64,000 bases of DNA. Source: Ignavibacteria bacterium. Lineage in GTDB: Bacteria > Bacteroidota > Ignavibacteria > Kapaibacteriales > UBA4661. Positions within the stretch are counted from its first letter, which is position 1. Every line of letters begins with the position of its first letter. The notes beneath the pieces are model-generated. The model ran no database searches. It worked only from the letters and a program-made list of their open reading frames with translations, and had not been told where the DNA came from. The position numbers and the translations under genes are program-made. The DNA lies in the NCBI GenBank assembly GCA_947459425.1, contig CANHDJ010000006.1, forward strand, positions 19,008 through 83,007, in the 5' to 3' direction. Positions 12,001-18,565 of the stretch are shown in pieces.

Positions 12001-12439
12001 CCGAAAGTATTCGCATAGTAGCGCCGGGAGCTATGGTAATGTTCGCATTCCCACCAGCATCACTGCCCATTCCTGTAATTGTGAGTGTTTCACCAGCAGG
12101 AATGGTAATGACTCGTTGAAGTGTCGCCGCATTTATGCTCCTAACACCTGCGAGTGGAATCCCTGTGAAGGTTATTGGGGCGGTTGTTTCAGCTAAAAGC
12201 CCAAATGTTGCGTCATCGGCGGGTCCTGGGAATGTCCCGGTATTTACACCACTAAAAAAACCTACTGTTGACCAATTTGCAGGGTTTGTCCAAACATTGT
12301 CTGCCGGAGCGGAACGCCACCAATAGGTAATTGCCAGCGCCTGCCCGACGGTGCAAAATAATCCCACAATAACGATGAGAACGTATCGAAACAATGCTGT
12401 GCGTAAAACACGCGACCAATACGGCATGAGAGGTTGCAT
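2..12439 (-). CDS. Giant secreted surface protein (>4,146 aa, 3' end outside window): signal peptide, beta-helix-like repeats, Cys-rich insert, ~6 IPT/TIG, plant-type LRRs, Ig, FN3-like, ASH-like, start of cohesin-like domain
   Basis: Manual translation from ATG 12439 (GGAG ~10 nt upstream): MQPLMPYWSRVLRTALFRYVLIVIVGLFCTVGQALA-ITYWW. The same frame gives LRRs (LRELDLSNNLLDGQLP) at ~2.3-1.5 kb and AAPGAAVRVDVVI...AAQP at the window edge, colinear with the 34151-47377 protein. The track lists no minus-strand ORF in this frame, consistent with no stop before base 1. Confidence 0.92.
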   Translation of the reverse strand, partial: MQPLMPYWSRVLRTALFRYVLIVIVGLFCTVGQALAITYWWRSAPADNVWTNPANWSTVGFFSGVNTGTFPGPADDATFGLLAETTAPITFTGIPLAGVRSINAATLQRVITIPAGETLTITGMGSDAGGNANITIAPGATMRILSGATVQGAGGAFRWNIVGTLELVGTGAVISSGMGFYPGSTLLYSGTAAKTTGFELVDGNTNAIYATGFPGQVIVSNTGGVTLNVAAATTHRFSGLITINAGASFIANPSGAFPIFQHEGGITVNGTLRLQETMDLRAGVVGSLVNVNAGGRLQVQGQATASSATPATPSIVYAGATSILEFTNGAASTASFGTVGTNHLVPATMPGSIIHNSNTNLQLIGGARVIQGDFTVNVGAGLLNVDATTDINLQGNIALNAATIGGGGNTGARFTISGVAANTISGTLSGIGVTNLFGLTMNRATRTFTLGSSFTFDGGGLSVAAGTVALVNAGTLVNTGLGINSVAGTLDIGAGTTFKIRTGTNFANTGTVLVSNAGAGGTLECEGDNNPNTRITGAGTYSYAGTAAKLNYTGGSASGVWEAGSEFPSPMPGTVTVIKSGNSTLFITSTKSMTGPMIVQSGFCSVITAGGNLTLGAGSQVQNGATFQAANGSTVSGGANLTVQTGGKLQFVFTPKATWTGTPTYQTNGVLEYLGSPFTTGAELPATMAGNISIASSGSAATLGASTILNGNLLLAPTPNNGTFTIASPNILTLAGAGNSIGNGASLVVNAAPAECVITTGGDLTNNGTLLVNGTLTMNATGSYNVASTQSPTFAGSGVLQYTGANPSYTTGKEFVGSPSSISSLVINRSSPTDVVILQNGKILSVNATITQGVLQTSAVGTSLGHTIAGDLTVAANGRLRVQENSSIGVAGTTSYSAATARLEYAGTTLKSLTGGELPGTFGGSILVNNSGGVNAPASTVTVSGTSFDLTLGNWKIPAGGGLVLSAGTGILNGSATSYVEFAPGANLSNAFLTKNGVSATSIFDIGTSAGYRPITIIAPSAAANITLGASAASPTGSTDNAPFIGSLTSPGYWYVSAASACNAQVRVSHPSVTAASKFGSHLGVNAGGAYNDVTGVVAVPNITSNVYNLGVGTTFFAIGTGPAATSDIVAATGPIYTYTAPILLAQFGAAANLGGNVTATSISLFEFDVRDNGGDGLPTVLNTLNFTLNDASGQLEKIALYDGATELDEITAVNGALSFTGLTLSIANATTKRLALHCTFKSNVTDNANVGFTITGAVANAATSTFAAFPALASSVAGNNNRVSVVATTLSFPNAVGNQIVNTNFAPSVDVRAVDVNNNLDLDAAGTVTLTGAPIAVSAGGAVVLGAGLGIATFSGVQMSGTGTSTLTATLAALTGVSNSFMMNATPTYWGCTPPSTPPALPILGIGGRNMNFSNVGMALAPAAPVVGTVSMNVNPGTAINMSFDWNMTWGAPYCPGCVVQMYIGIEGGSGFAGDGSSATGFTQCIGTGVSNGSMGSVPIGTPITFNAPTKPGIYYITQNWTLHYYCNPHPVRFNNDPTNAIAVIRVVDPIPPSGGCDEADIIPTPAFVPPTNIPYATYTGAMSAAHPAVWSFRIRDFGSIPTQGDIDNKPSTITSLGVTVNDVGGVLQEIALYDGAGLIQTQPVVSAGTSLVTFSGIPAALRPSAPDNGTKDYIIRARFRTTPLVAPMDNRQVSFSINQANVVMDAAAVSTQKAAFAVAGPSSTAGNNNRVEVTATQLAFTTNPPATTPVGVPMASAVVVQAEDGNTNIDLDYVAPNVAVAHPSLIGTPVSVAPVAGVATLPIFTFNNLVAAGTLNASSGGLTAGTSNAFDIIPATFHFKLATGNANLNTNWQLAGFPLVSPASVGLPGATYIIGSVAQDPAAANITAPLTVNVGSAFQVSGSAGGSTLNVLAGQTLTNDGAVTIQGGGRLQLHDNGNIAPGSANPVTYAAATSVLEYTGGVIANRTTNDREFPALFAGSLVVSRSAGAADFLLDGSKTIAGTFSKNAAGGMVINGAQTLTLNGASIVAAGTFNFLNTAQLVANNTFTFSGGTMLGDNTANLTFNGGFTNSGGAVTLNNAATLTFNSATAFNGTSLTSNGTGAITVGAGGSFTMTGAAAVNLASTGAMTSNGAFNLNGGAFGVGVSALTLNGAINFGAGTLSSPMNFGTLRVLGTGAITGQMNNLSPGYALVEMNRMNATLSLASGSSLVTNTLLLTNGIIQTNNTADIVSVTNTLTAAGSATTYISGKLRRALLPAVLNNAGTFDFPIGKGGLYLPMRFQNVTANSAVVQAEAFNIGSGGMPGSAFSTVSSSEYWQTSLQGGAFTSGLVSLSRPTPMLPSSSVVGHSATQTGSYNGLGGAVSPPSVLSFSPVLSANRFFALGTLPNAFYYNSGAAQIPASWNSEENGTGAPAIDFLTPGTSFIVPTGRNALFTAAATFVPGIFVTVNGGGTLTVRTGSDTVAVNGIMRVSNGGTLAIADSSRFIAPSGVFYLGQTAQLFYDTPANRTATSSEFPATMLGSVRVSNGRLRLETNANIRDITIQGALTLQNSTLDFGKDSTRLRLEGAISFNPSQFATNLTHGLTIAGSGSITGAINFSTKSLGWLTMQRTGVAMTLGDSLTIGSQLSLFGGNIVPSLPGIVRLTNSADTALLGGSFSSFIGGTLARALPTNLTPVDARSHFYPIGKGSTYLPLTLLNATTGSVSPIVAAEAFAVGAGGGVALGVNGALSSSEHWRVELLSGNFGGAQVGVIRPNPPFAADNRLVVSNIKTGLYNGLGGALLPIAQGASLVGDAAQISGERFFAAVGPTLSGPSITGFSPSIGGEQTVMTITGTNLTGVNAIAIGGINVAGFQVLSSTTISVQIGTVGSGPIQIGSPSGGAASGSNFTFIPAPRIFGALPNPAGLGVPVTISGANFTGANFLSIGGVQIPPTGFTVDMAGNTITTTIPLNAANQIITIATLGGTAISTNALVLIPPPQIMSINPPLASTGQTITLFGQNFIGVQTVRFGSSTAQFTVNSPTRITLIVPARESTSATQVPISVRTGSGIATTATLFAYNPLPNGTPNGLDPVRIVVISEVRDKITTLGGRVRVTGANLELIQQIKLITSIGSTNASWLISSSAAITLIIPTTGLLNGTNATLSSAATSMDVLGVYNRVVVNDAFRVINVPRILSVTPPDAAGGEEITLTGTAMDLITSVTIGGTAATFRILDSSRVVVRVPFSFSPDSVRIPASGALAVQSVDGGASTAATIINAALAGGQPVITSFSPTNAVPGGEVIITGLNLTAVQDIEVGGIPVASFVINSSNRITAILSTAASRSAQGIISLRTVFGVVNSRTAIIFPSSLEGDTNAANALIALLGGDSRRLQFETQNNRITALRLSNAGLRGPIPPVISTLTELRELDLSNNLLDGQLPTTLATLRKLEVLNLSNNRFSGVLTPGIICQYRNLRFMDVSRNNLTGEIPVCITELDKIETLNLSFNRFTSLLPWQLGAMVSLRELRVSNNMLTGALPPEIGTGGARVTAKAARTTRAPIVEVIDVSHNAFTGGIPEEWGNIPMLRELRAENCGLTGRLPETILRWQGINILRLAKNRLSGEIPSFFAENLKEFSIDNNRFTGALPTSFAKAAGLQVLSALGNRLTRIPNLAPLGRLVSSRLDTVLLDSNQLEFSSLEAFTRVKSFSANGQDLPKASDDVLATVGDILEIPSAIGGTATRYQWFKNGNSLRGATAATLVLSNIQVQDVGTYFCRATNTLVSNLTLQTAPVRVSVTGAAQSVPAPRLIFPSAASTNIAPRPSFRWQASAGADSYTLVVARDVALRTDVQSVSISSPEQGDSVVLAFARSAGRGTLLERGVQYFWSVRASSQLSDLLASWSDTLSFRIAPFGQDIAFSSVNLGRVTIGDSARASGTIVNIGEDDVTVESAQVESGMANVFALNFTRTRLAKDATATFDVLFKPDRADTIRANVTVAYSDARGQGMRSVSIERALTGRGGAIFIEPLSFDSVRVGKTVLKILRVSNRSNQPQTLRAVRMLTARGNTTDSTFVIVDGDANSNRVIGAGESAFVQVRCATRTGGFKLGVVEADAGNDRVQGDIRAYSRLVRSDDAAVSFVAQASPKEAAPGAAVRVDVVINDYSPALAQRLLGAAQP

Positions 12440-12810
12440 AACAAAAAAACTCCAATAAAGAAAAACCCTAGATTTTATGCTGGGTTGATTGCGGAAAGAG
12501 AATCACCTGAACGGATTTCCCTAACAGAGAATATACAAAATTTCTATGGTGTGGACAAGTGACTAAAAGTCATAATTACAAAGAATTTAGCGGGTTGATA
12601 GGGGTTCTACAAGAATTTTGGGGCGAAACGACGTTTGCTTGGGGTGAAGTGCTATCCCGAAGTTGCCGAGGCAGTGAAAAAGCCGCATGGACGTATATTT
12701 GCCTTTTCCCAAGTGCAGATTCACGGAAAATTTTGTATTTTGAATGGACGATAACGCTCCCCATTTGCGCCTAAAGGGAGAGCCGAACAGACAATATTCT
12801 ATTCCCCACT

Positions 12811-13614
12811 ATGAACACTGATTCACCACTTTTCGGCGAAACCAAAGCCATTCAAGCACGAGCGCTCTATCTTGGAGAGCGCATAGAAACTCGTTCTTTG
12901 GAACAAACAAACCGTCTAGCCTTGTCCCCACTTGTCATTCCGGCAGGCGAAAACAGCTACATGGCAATTTTTCGCTACGGTGCCGTCGTTACGTTCAATG
13001 TCCTACCGCTCCAAGAAGCAACATTGCTGAAGTATGTTACTCCGTTTGTGCATGAACCCTTTGAAAAAATCGAACAAGAAACTCTTGAACTCCGCATTGG
13101 TGAACGCGAGCAGGTCGAAAATGGCGTGGCGACACTTCTCAGTTTTGCAGTAGAACGAATGCAAATCGTTGCCGATATTTTAGCGAAAAGCGTTGTTTTA
13201 GCGCACTACGAAAGTACGATTGCCTCAGCATTTGATTCCATCGAACCGATGGCGCACAGCATGAAAAAACGCAAACACCTCCGCACAAGTAGTGATGCGA
13301 CCCTGATGCAATTTGTGGGCGATATGCTTCTGATTCAGCATGAAATGGTTGGGCGTGTGGAAATTAGCGAAAAACCGGAGCTGCTCTGGGAAATGCCGGA
13401 GTTGTCGAGGCTCTATGGCAAGTTGGAGGATGAATTTGAATTAGTCGAGCGGCACAATAGTATTGAGCGGAAACTCATGCTTATCGCTCGGACGGTGGAA
13501 ACGGAAATGGATATTTTGCAAAATCAGCGCACACTCCGCATGGAATGGTATGTGGTGATATTGATTGCAGTGGAAATTTTGCTTTCGGCGTATGATATTT
13601 TTGTACGACATTGA
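12811..13614 (+). CDS. RMD1/DUF155 family protein
   Basis: IFRYGAVVTFN, LAKSVVLAHYE, KPELLWEMPELSRLY, EFELVERH and a C-terminal RMEWYVVILIAVEI helix are typical of this family. Confidence 0.85.
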   Translation: MNTDSPLFGETKAIQARALYLGERIETRSLEQTNRLALSPLVIPAGENSYMAIFRYGAVVTFNVLPLQEATLLKYVTPFVHEPFEKIEQETLELRIGEREQVENGVATLLSFAVERMQIVADILAKSVVLAHYESTIASAFDSIEPMAHSMKKRKHLRTSSDATLMQFVGDMLLIQHEMVGRVEISEKPELLWEMPELSRLYGKLEDEFELVERHNSIERKLMLIARTVETEMDILQNQRTLRMEWYVVILIAVEILLSAYDIFVRH

Positions 13615-13624
13615 GACTTGTTTT

Positions 13625-14257
13625 ATGCCACACAACCGCCCACATCTTGCCTCAATCATCCATTGCGCTGCCGTATTTGCTGTACTGTGTGGTATTTGCT
13701 CTGGTTGCATCTTCGTTACGCGCCAACCGGAACCACCCGACACGCGCCGTTCCTCGTTCCAACCCCCAACCTCTGCCCAACTTGTGGTGAATAATTTCCA
13801 AGCCTCGTTACGGGAAAAAAACGTTGAAAATTACGTCCAATGCCTTGTTTCCGGCGATTCGGGCGCATCGGCACTTGCTTCACGGCGATATGTCTTTGAA
13901 CCATCGGCAGAAGCATCGGCAAGGTTTTCAGGTGTTTTTGCGGCATGGAATGTTGCCCGCGAGCGACAAGCATTTTTAGCACTCACATCAAAAATTTCCG
14001 CCCAATCCGCTCCAACACTACAACTAAGCAACGACCGTTTTGAATTTCTTTCGCCCGATTCTGCGGTTTTTGTCAGCGAGTACCGTCTTCGTCCAAACTA
14101 CCAACTCTCCGGCGCACCCGAAGAATTTGCCGGAACATTGCGCCTGACGATTTCTTCCTTTCCGAATGGTTTTTGGGCAATTAGCCGATGGAGCGACCAA
14201 ACAAGCGCTCAAACACTGCCGTCGTGGAGTATTTTGAAGGCGCAGTTTGCGAATTAA
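13625..14257 (+). CDS. Hypothetical lipoprotein, possibly NTF2/SnoaL-like
   Basis: ATG 13625, hydrophobic leader ending ICSG-C, followed by TRQPEPP...PPTS...NFQASLREKNVENY. Confidence 0.6.
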   Translation: MPHNRPHLASIIHCAAVFAVLCGICSGCIFVTRQPEPPDTRRSSFQPPTSAQLVVNNFQASLREKNVENYVQCLVSGDSGASALASRRYVFEPSAEASARFSGVFAAWNVARERQAFLALTSKISAQSAPTLQLSNDRFEFLSPDSAVFVSEYRLRPNYQLSGAPEEFAGTLRLTISSFPNGFWAISRWSDQTSAQTLPSWSILKAQFAN

Positions 14258-14339
14258 CACCACCTGTGACTTTTTTGCTTGGAAGCGTCTCTTACCGAGA
14301 GAAACGACCTGTTTTCCAACGCCATTTCATTTTGCTGCC

Positions 14340-14780
14340 ATGAAGACCCTTATTCTCGCTTGCCTACTCGGTGTGGTACTCACGTCGTCGGCTTGTACTC
14401 CACCGACACAGCAATCCGCCATTACACCTGCTTTTGATGAAAATCGTCTCTTCAAAACGTGGTATTTTGATTGGACGGCGACTGCTATTTTCAGCGATTC
14501 ACAAAAAAAATCCTACCGTGCCGAAGGCTATTCTCTGCCCCCTGCACGGGGTCGGACGGGGCTAAAATTTGAACCAAAGGGCAAGTACACCTATATCGGC
14601 ATAGCCCCAGCCGACGGAGAACTTCCCTTTGCGGGGTCGTGGAAGTGGATAACGCCAACGACAGTACGGGTGCAGCGCGAGGCGAAGTCTTTTCAAGGCG
14701 CATCGTGGGAAGCAGAAGAAGCATCACTCGAAATTCTTACGGTGAATGATTCTACACTGGTTGTACGCTGGCTTCCGTGA
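14340..14780 (+). CDS. Hypothetical lipoprotein, possibly lipocalin-like
   Basis: MKTLILACLLGVVLTSSA-C lipobox; LFKTW, PPARGRTG and GSWKW beta-strand pattern. Confidence 0.65.
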   Translation: MKTLILACLLGVVLTSSACTPPTQQSAITPAFDENRLFKTWYFDWTATAIFSDSQKKSYRAEGYSLPPARGRTGLKFEPKGKYTYIGIAPADGELPFAGSWKWITPTTVRVQREAKSFQGASWEAEEASLEILTVNDSTLVVRWLP

Positions 14781-14901
14781 TTGGGTTTGGACACAAGTCT
14801 TTGGTTGCCTTCGACAAATTTTGTAATTTTGGGCAATGGTATTTTCTCGTCGAAAGCGAGGAAATCCATTTCACTACTTTGAAACTTTTTTGGAGACCCC
14901 A

Positions 14902-15237
14902 ATGACCTTAGACCAATTTGTTCCAGCACCAGAAACCTGCGTAAAGTTGAAGGACGCGGGCTATCCCAAGAAAACCTATTTTACATGGTGGCATGGCGTT
15001 AGCGTTGAAGAGTGGTGGCTTGACCCCCTCAAAGAGCTTCCCAAAGAAGAGGAAATCATCACCGCACCAGCTCCATCACTGCAAGAATTACTGAATGAAC
15101 TTCACGATGATTTTTTTGCACCTAATGACACACCATCATCAGTTGGCGAGAAGACGAAGCAAGTCTTGTCGCGGATTATTGTCGCAAAAAATCCTGCTGA
15201 GGAAGCCGCACAGGTGTGGCTGGAAAAACGTAAATAA
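14902..15237 (+). CDS. Small hypothetical protein
   Basis: GGAG before ATG 14902 and an upstream TAATTTTG motif; sequence includes CVKLKDAGYPKKTYFTW and APSLQELL. Confidence 0.6.
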   Translation: MTLDQFVPAPETCVKLKDAGYPKKTYFTWWHGVSVEEWWLDPLKELPKEEEIITAPAPSLQELLNELHDDFFAPNDTPSSVGEKTKQVLSRIIVAKNPAEEAAQVWLEKRK

Positions 15238-15273
15238 TCAGAAATTGTGATTGAAATTGAAGCATATCCAAGA

Positions 15274-15363
15274 GGGGTAAAAACGCTTTTTCCGGCTGGC
15301 GGCTGAGGTTGTCATAAAAAACAGCCGCCTGTCGGATCGGCGTACGCAATTTTCACCCCCTAC
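15274..15363. repeat. Intergenic nested inverted repeat (REP-like or terminator)
   Basis: TCCGGCTGGCGGCTG (15291) pairs with CAGCCGCCTGTCGGA (to 15336); outer GGGGTAAAAA pairs with TTTTCACCCC; GTAG on the minus strand at the end. Confidence 0.55.
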
Positions 15364-15433
15364 GCCTTCAAAGATACACCACACCGACAACCGAGAGTAA
15401 ACGACAAACCATTATCAACCGAATACTAGAGAG

Positions 15434-16312
15434 GTGTATACCTTGCAAGCCACTGCCAATCTTGTTTCCATCATCATTCCAAATTATAACAGCGAACGCT
15501 ACATCGAAGACACAGTGATTAGCGTATGTGCGCAAACGCATACTGAGTGGGAACTGCTGATCGTGGATGATTATTCAAGTGATGGCTCAATGGCAATACT
15601 AGAGCGCTTGGCGAAGGCGGATGCACGGATTCGGCTCATTCGGTTGGATGCGCCAAGTGGCGGACCCGCCCGACCGCGCAACGTCGGGCTGGATGCGGCA
15701 CGTGGCGACTATATTGCATTTTTGGATTCCGACGATGTTTGGCATCCTCAAAAACTTGAGATACAGCTTGCAACCTTACTTCAGCGGGGCGCGTCTTTTT
15801 GTTCGACGACGATAACCCGCTTTCAAACAACCGAAGAAATTTTACCGTTTCAGCAGACTCCCTTCAACATCGCAGAAACACTTGCTTCTATGACAGTGCA
15901 GGAAATTCCACACAGCGTCTTAATTAAGAAAAATATCATCCCAAATTCCAGCGTATTTCTCGAACGGAGATTACTCACAACAATACGTTTCAATGAGGAC
16001 AAGCGTTACAAGGCGATTGAGGATTTTGACTGCTGGCTCAGGGTTCTTCAGCAACACGGCGGTGTGTGCATCAAAATCAGCCCGACTCTGCTGTTCTATC
16101 GCGTGACCGAAACATCTATTTCCCACACCAAAACAGCGATGGTGCGCAAACACTGGATGTTGTATCAGGAATATCGTATTAACGGCAGACCGCTTGGACT
16201 TGAGAAAATCTGGTATATGTGGGTTTATTCTTTTAGCTCTATTACAAATTTGCTAGGCTTGCGCATCACGAATACACTTGACCACGTAACACCGACGACG
16301 AAATTGCCATAA
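15434..16312 (+). CDS. Glycosyltransferase family 2
   Basis: VSIIIPNYN, ELLIVDDYSSD, ARPRNVG, YIAFLDSDD (DxD) and EDFDCW motifs. Confidence 0.93.
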   Translation: MYTLQATANLVSIIIPNYNSERYIEDTVISVCAQTHTEWELLIVDDYSSDGSMAILERLAKADARIRLIRLDAPSGGPARPRNVGLDAARGDYIAFLDSDDVWHPQKLEIQLATLLQRGASFCSTTITRFQTTEEILPFQQTPFNIAETLASMTVQEIPHSVLIKKNIIPNSSVFLERRLLTTIRFNEDKRYKAIEDFDCWLRVLQQHGGVCIKISPTLLFYRVTETSISHTKTAMVRKHWMLYQEYRINGRPLGLEKIWYMWVYSFSSITNLLGLRITNTLDHVTPTTKLP

Positions 16313-16541
16313 TAGGCATCCGAAGAATAAAACTCTTCGACAAACTTAGGATAAAGACCGCACCAACACTCATGTTGAGCTTATCGAAATATTCAACTAT
16401 CTACGCCCACAGCCTTATTATTGAGATACAAGAGGGCAAGCGTGTGGTATAGACGAGAAAATATAAAACTCAGATACCGCAAAAGACAGGCTTGCTACAC
16501 GAAGTTTAGCTATTTTTTCGAGCCGTTTTTTACCATGATAC

Positions 16542-16577
16542 GCCGCTTTGTTCCAACGAACAAAGCGGCTTTTTTTT
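16542..16577 (+). terminator. Rho-independent terminator
   Basis: GCCGCTTTGTTC-caac-GAACAAAGCGGC followed by T8. Confidence 0.85.
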
Positions 16578-16582
16578 GCAAT

Positions 16583-16610
16583 TGCAACAAAATTCTCTTT
16601 CCCGTGTTAT
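16583..16610 (+). promoter_or_regulatory. Putative ECF-type (autoregulatory) promoter
   Basis: TGCAAC-N17-GTT (CGTGTTAT) immediately after the terminator and 45 nt upstream of the ECF gene. Confidence 0.5.
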
Positions 16611-16654
16611 TGCCGATATAGAGAAACAACACTATCGTTTTTTTCAACCATACT

Positions 16655-17224
16655 ATGCCAATGCCACAGCATACCGCCTTGTCCGACGAGGAATTATTTC
16701 GGCTATTGCAAAGCCCAGAGAAGCGCGAAGCAGCCTTCCGCGAACTCTACGCACGGCACAGCAAGCGTGTTCACGCCTACTGTGTGCGAGCAATCAGCAC
16801 ATCAGAACAAGAAGCCGAGGATATTTTTCAAGAAACCTTTGTACGATTTCACCATGCTGCACAAACAGAGCGCACAATGACCAATGTTCCGGCATATTTA
16901 CTGCGCATTGCACGGAATCTTTGCCTAAATCACAAACGCGACAATCGCCCGACGCTACTTTTGCGAGACGATGATTTGCCTAATACACCCCGTGAATACG
17001 GCACATCCGAACTTCTTAACCTCATCACCACAGCGCTCGAACTGCTCGACGACGACCACCGCGAGGCGTTTGTGCTACGCAAATATGATGGCTTGTCCTT
17101 TCAAGAAATTGCCGAGCTAACCAATATTACCGAAACAAACGCTCGCAGCCGCGTTCATCGCGCTCAGGCAAAAATCCGCTCTATACTTGCTCCGTACCTG
17201 ACGGATATCGAACAACATTTGTAA
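16655..17224 (+). CDS. ECF RNA polymerase sigma factor
   Basis: AFRELYARH, EAEDIFQETF, YLLRIARNLCLN; region 4 REAFVLRKYDGLSFQEIA...RSRVHRA. Confidence 0.95.
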   Translation: MPMPQHTALSDEELFRLLQSPEKREAAFRELYARHSKRVHAYCVRAISTSEQEAEDIFQETFVRFHHAAQTERTMTNVPAYLLRIARNLCLNHKRDNRPTLLLRDDDLPNTPREYGTSELLNLITTALELLDDDHREAFVLRKYDGLSFQEIAELTNITETNARSRVHRAQAKIRSILAPYLTDIEQHL

Positions 17225-17250
17225 TCATCACGCATTTATCCTTATACATC

Positions 17251-18537
17251 ATGCACTACGAACATTCTTCCGACCATTTTACCGAACTACTCTACGATTT
17301 TCTGGACGGAGCGCTTCCGCAAGAAAACGAAATGAGTCTTTTTGCAGCGCTTACGCACGATGCAGAACTTCGCAACGAATTCAAAGAGCAGCTCCGTATC
17401 AATACCGCCATTGCGGAGGACGAACACGCCTTCACACCGCCCGCAGCCTCCGGCGAAGCAATTTTTGCACGACTGGGCTTTGCCACGGCAGAAGATTCCG
17501 TCGCTGCCGCACCAATTCTCGCCTCGCCAACACTTGTTTCCTCAGCAATCGCAGAACCAACACTGGCGGCTCGCGCCGGAATTGCCGTGCGGCGCAGTGC
17601 GGCACTTGTGCTGGTGGCACTGTTGTCATCCCTCCTTACAGCGTGGTTTATGCGTACAGATGGAAGTGTCAACGGTGGCTCTGCATTGAACAATAACAGT
17701 TTCTGGGGCGGATTGCTCAATGGCACTAGCAGTGCTGGAAATGGAAGCGCCGGAACACCAGCAATGTACGGCTCTTCTCTTGGAACATCCCCGCGCCCGT
17801 TTGTCCTTGCCGATACTGTTGTTCAAACGGTCATCCAGCGTGTCGTGGTCATGCAATCGCCCGCAATATCAAGCCTGAGCGATACCCACGATGCCCAAGC
17901 AATCCCGATACTAGCGCAAGAGGGTTTCTCTAGCATCGCCGAGCCAGAATCAGCTATTACTTCTATCACAACACCTCGTCCGGTAACGATGCCAGATTCG
18001 GCAAAGCCCTCTGTTGCAGCGCCTTTGGAGCGCACCGCACCGCCAGAGGCAGCACCGCTTTTCGGTCTTACCGTTGGCGCACGAGGCATGGTATCGCGCT
18101 CCCTTATTTGGGCGAATGTTCCGGCAAAAGAAACCTTCCCCACCAATGCAGCGTTGTATGCGCTTTACAGCCTTTCTGCACAACACAGCATCGGTGTTGA
18201 GTTTGGGCAAGAATCGTTTTTCCAACGGTATTATTTCACCAATCCGCAAGGCATTGAGTTTCGTGTAGAGCAGCACCCGACCTTGATTTGGGGCGGCGTG
18301 GCGTATCGCTACACCATGCTTCCCGAAAGTACGTTCACGCCCTTTGCACACGTAGTCGCGGGCGCAACGCAGATAGGCGCTCTGGGGCGCGGGATGGTGG
18401 GTGTGAGCTATGCGCCGGACGCACGAACACAGTTCCATCTGGGCGCTGAAGCAAGCAGCCTCTTCTATCAAAGCGACGGCGCGTGGTTTGCGAGTCCGAA
18501 ACTTGGCGTAAGCTATGGTGTTTCTCTGAAATTCTAA
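17251..18537 (+). CDS. Putative anti-sigma factor: N-terminal anti-sigma-like domain, one TM helix, low-complexity linker, C-terminal outer-membrane beta-barrel
   Basis: ELLYDFLDGAL...ELRNEF N-terminus; TM ALVLVALLSSLLTAWF; amphipathic beta-strands ending GVSYGVSLKF; directly downstream of the ECF gene. Confidence 0.7.
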   Translation: MHYEHSSDHFTELLYDFLDGALPQENEMSLFAALTHDAELRNEFKEQLRINTAIAEDEHAFTPPAASGEAIFARLGFATAEDSVAAAPILASPTLVSSAIAEPTLAARAGIAVRRSAALVLVALLSSLLTAWFMRTDGSVNGGSALNNNSFWGGLLNGTSSAGNGSAGTPAMYGSSLGTSPRPFVLADTVVQTVIQRVVVMQSPAISSLSDTHDAQAIPILAQEGFSSIAEPESAITSITTPRPVTMPDSAKPSVAAPLERTAPPEAAPLFGLTVGARGMVSRSLIWANVPAKETFPTNAALYALYSLSAQHSIGVEFGQESFFQRYYFTNPQGIEFRVEQHPTLIWGGVAYRYTMLPESTFTPFAHVVAGATQIGALGRGMVGVSYAPDARTQFHLGAEASSLFYQSDGAWFASPKLGVSYGVSLKF

Positions 18538-18565
18538 ATCTTTTTCACGTTTTTTCTTTAAAACT

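Noticed and set aside
51..12455. Dozens of short ORFs in the track (also across 34305-46262)
   Set aside because: They are antisense or out-of-frame shadows of the giant minus-strand genes and have no recognisable motifs.
12455..12810. c-di-GMP riboswitch upstream of the first giant gene (GGCAAA present)
   Set aside because: The GNRA-capped stem and the downstream GACGCAAAG-type consensus are missing.
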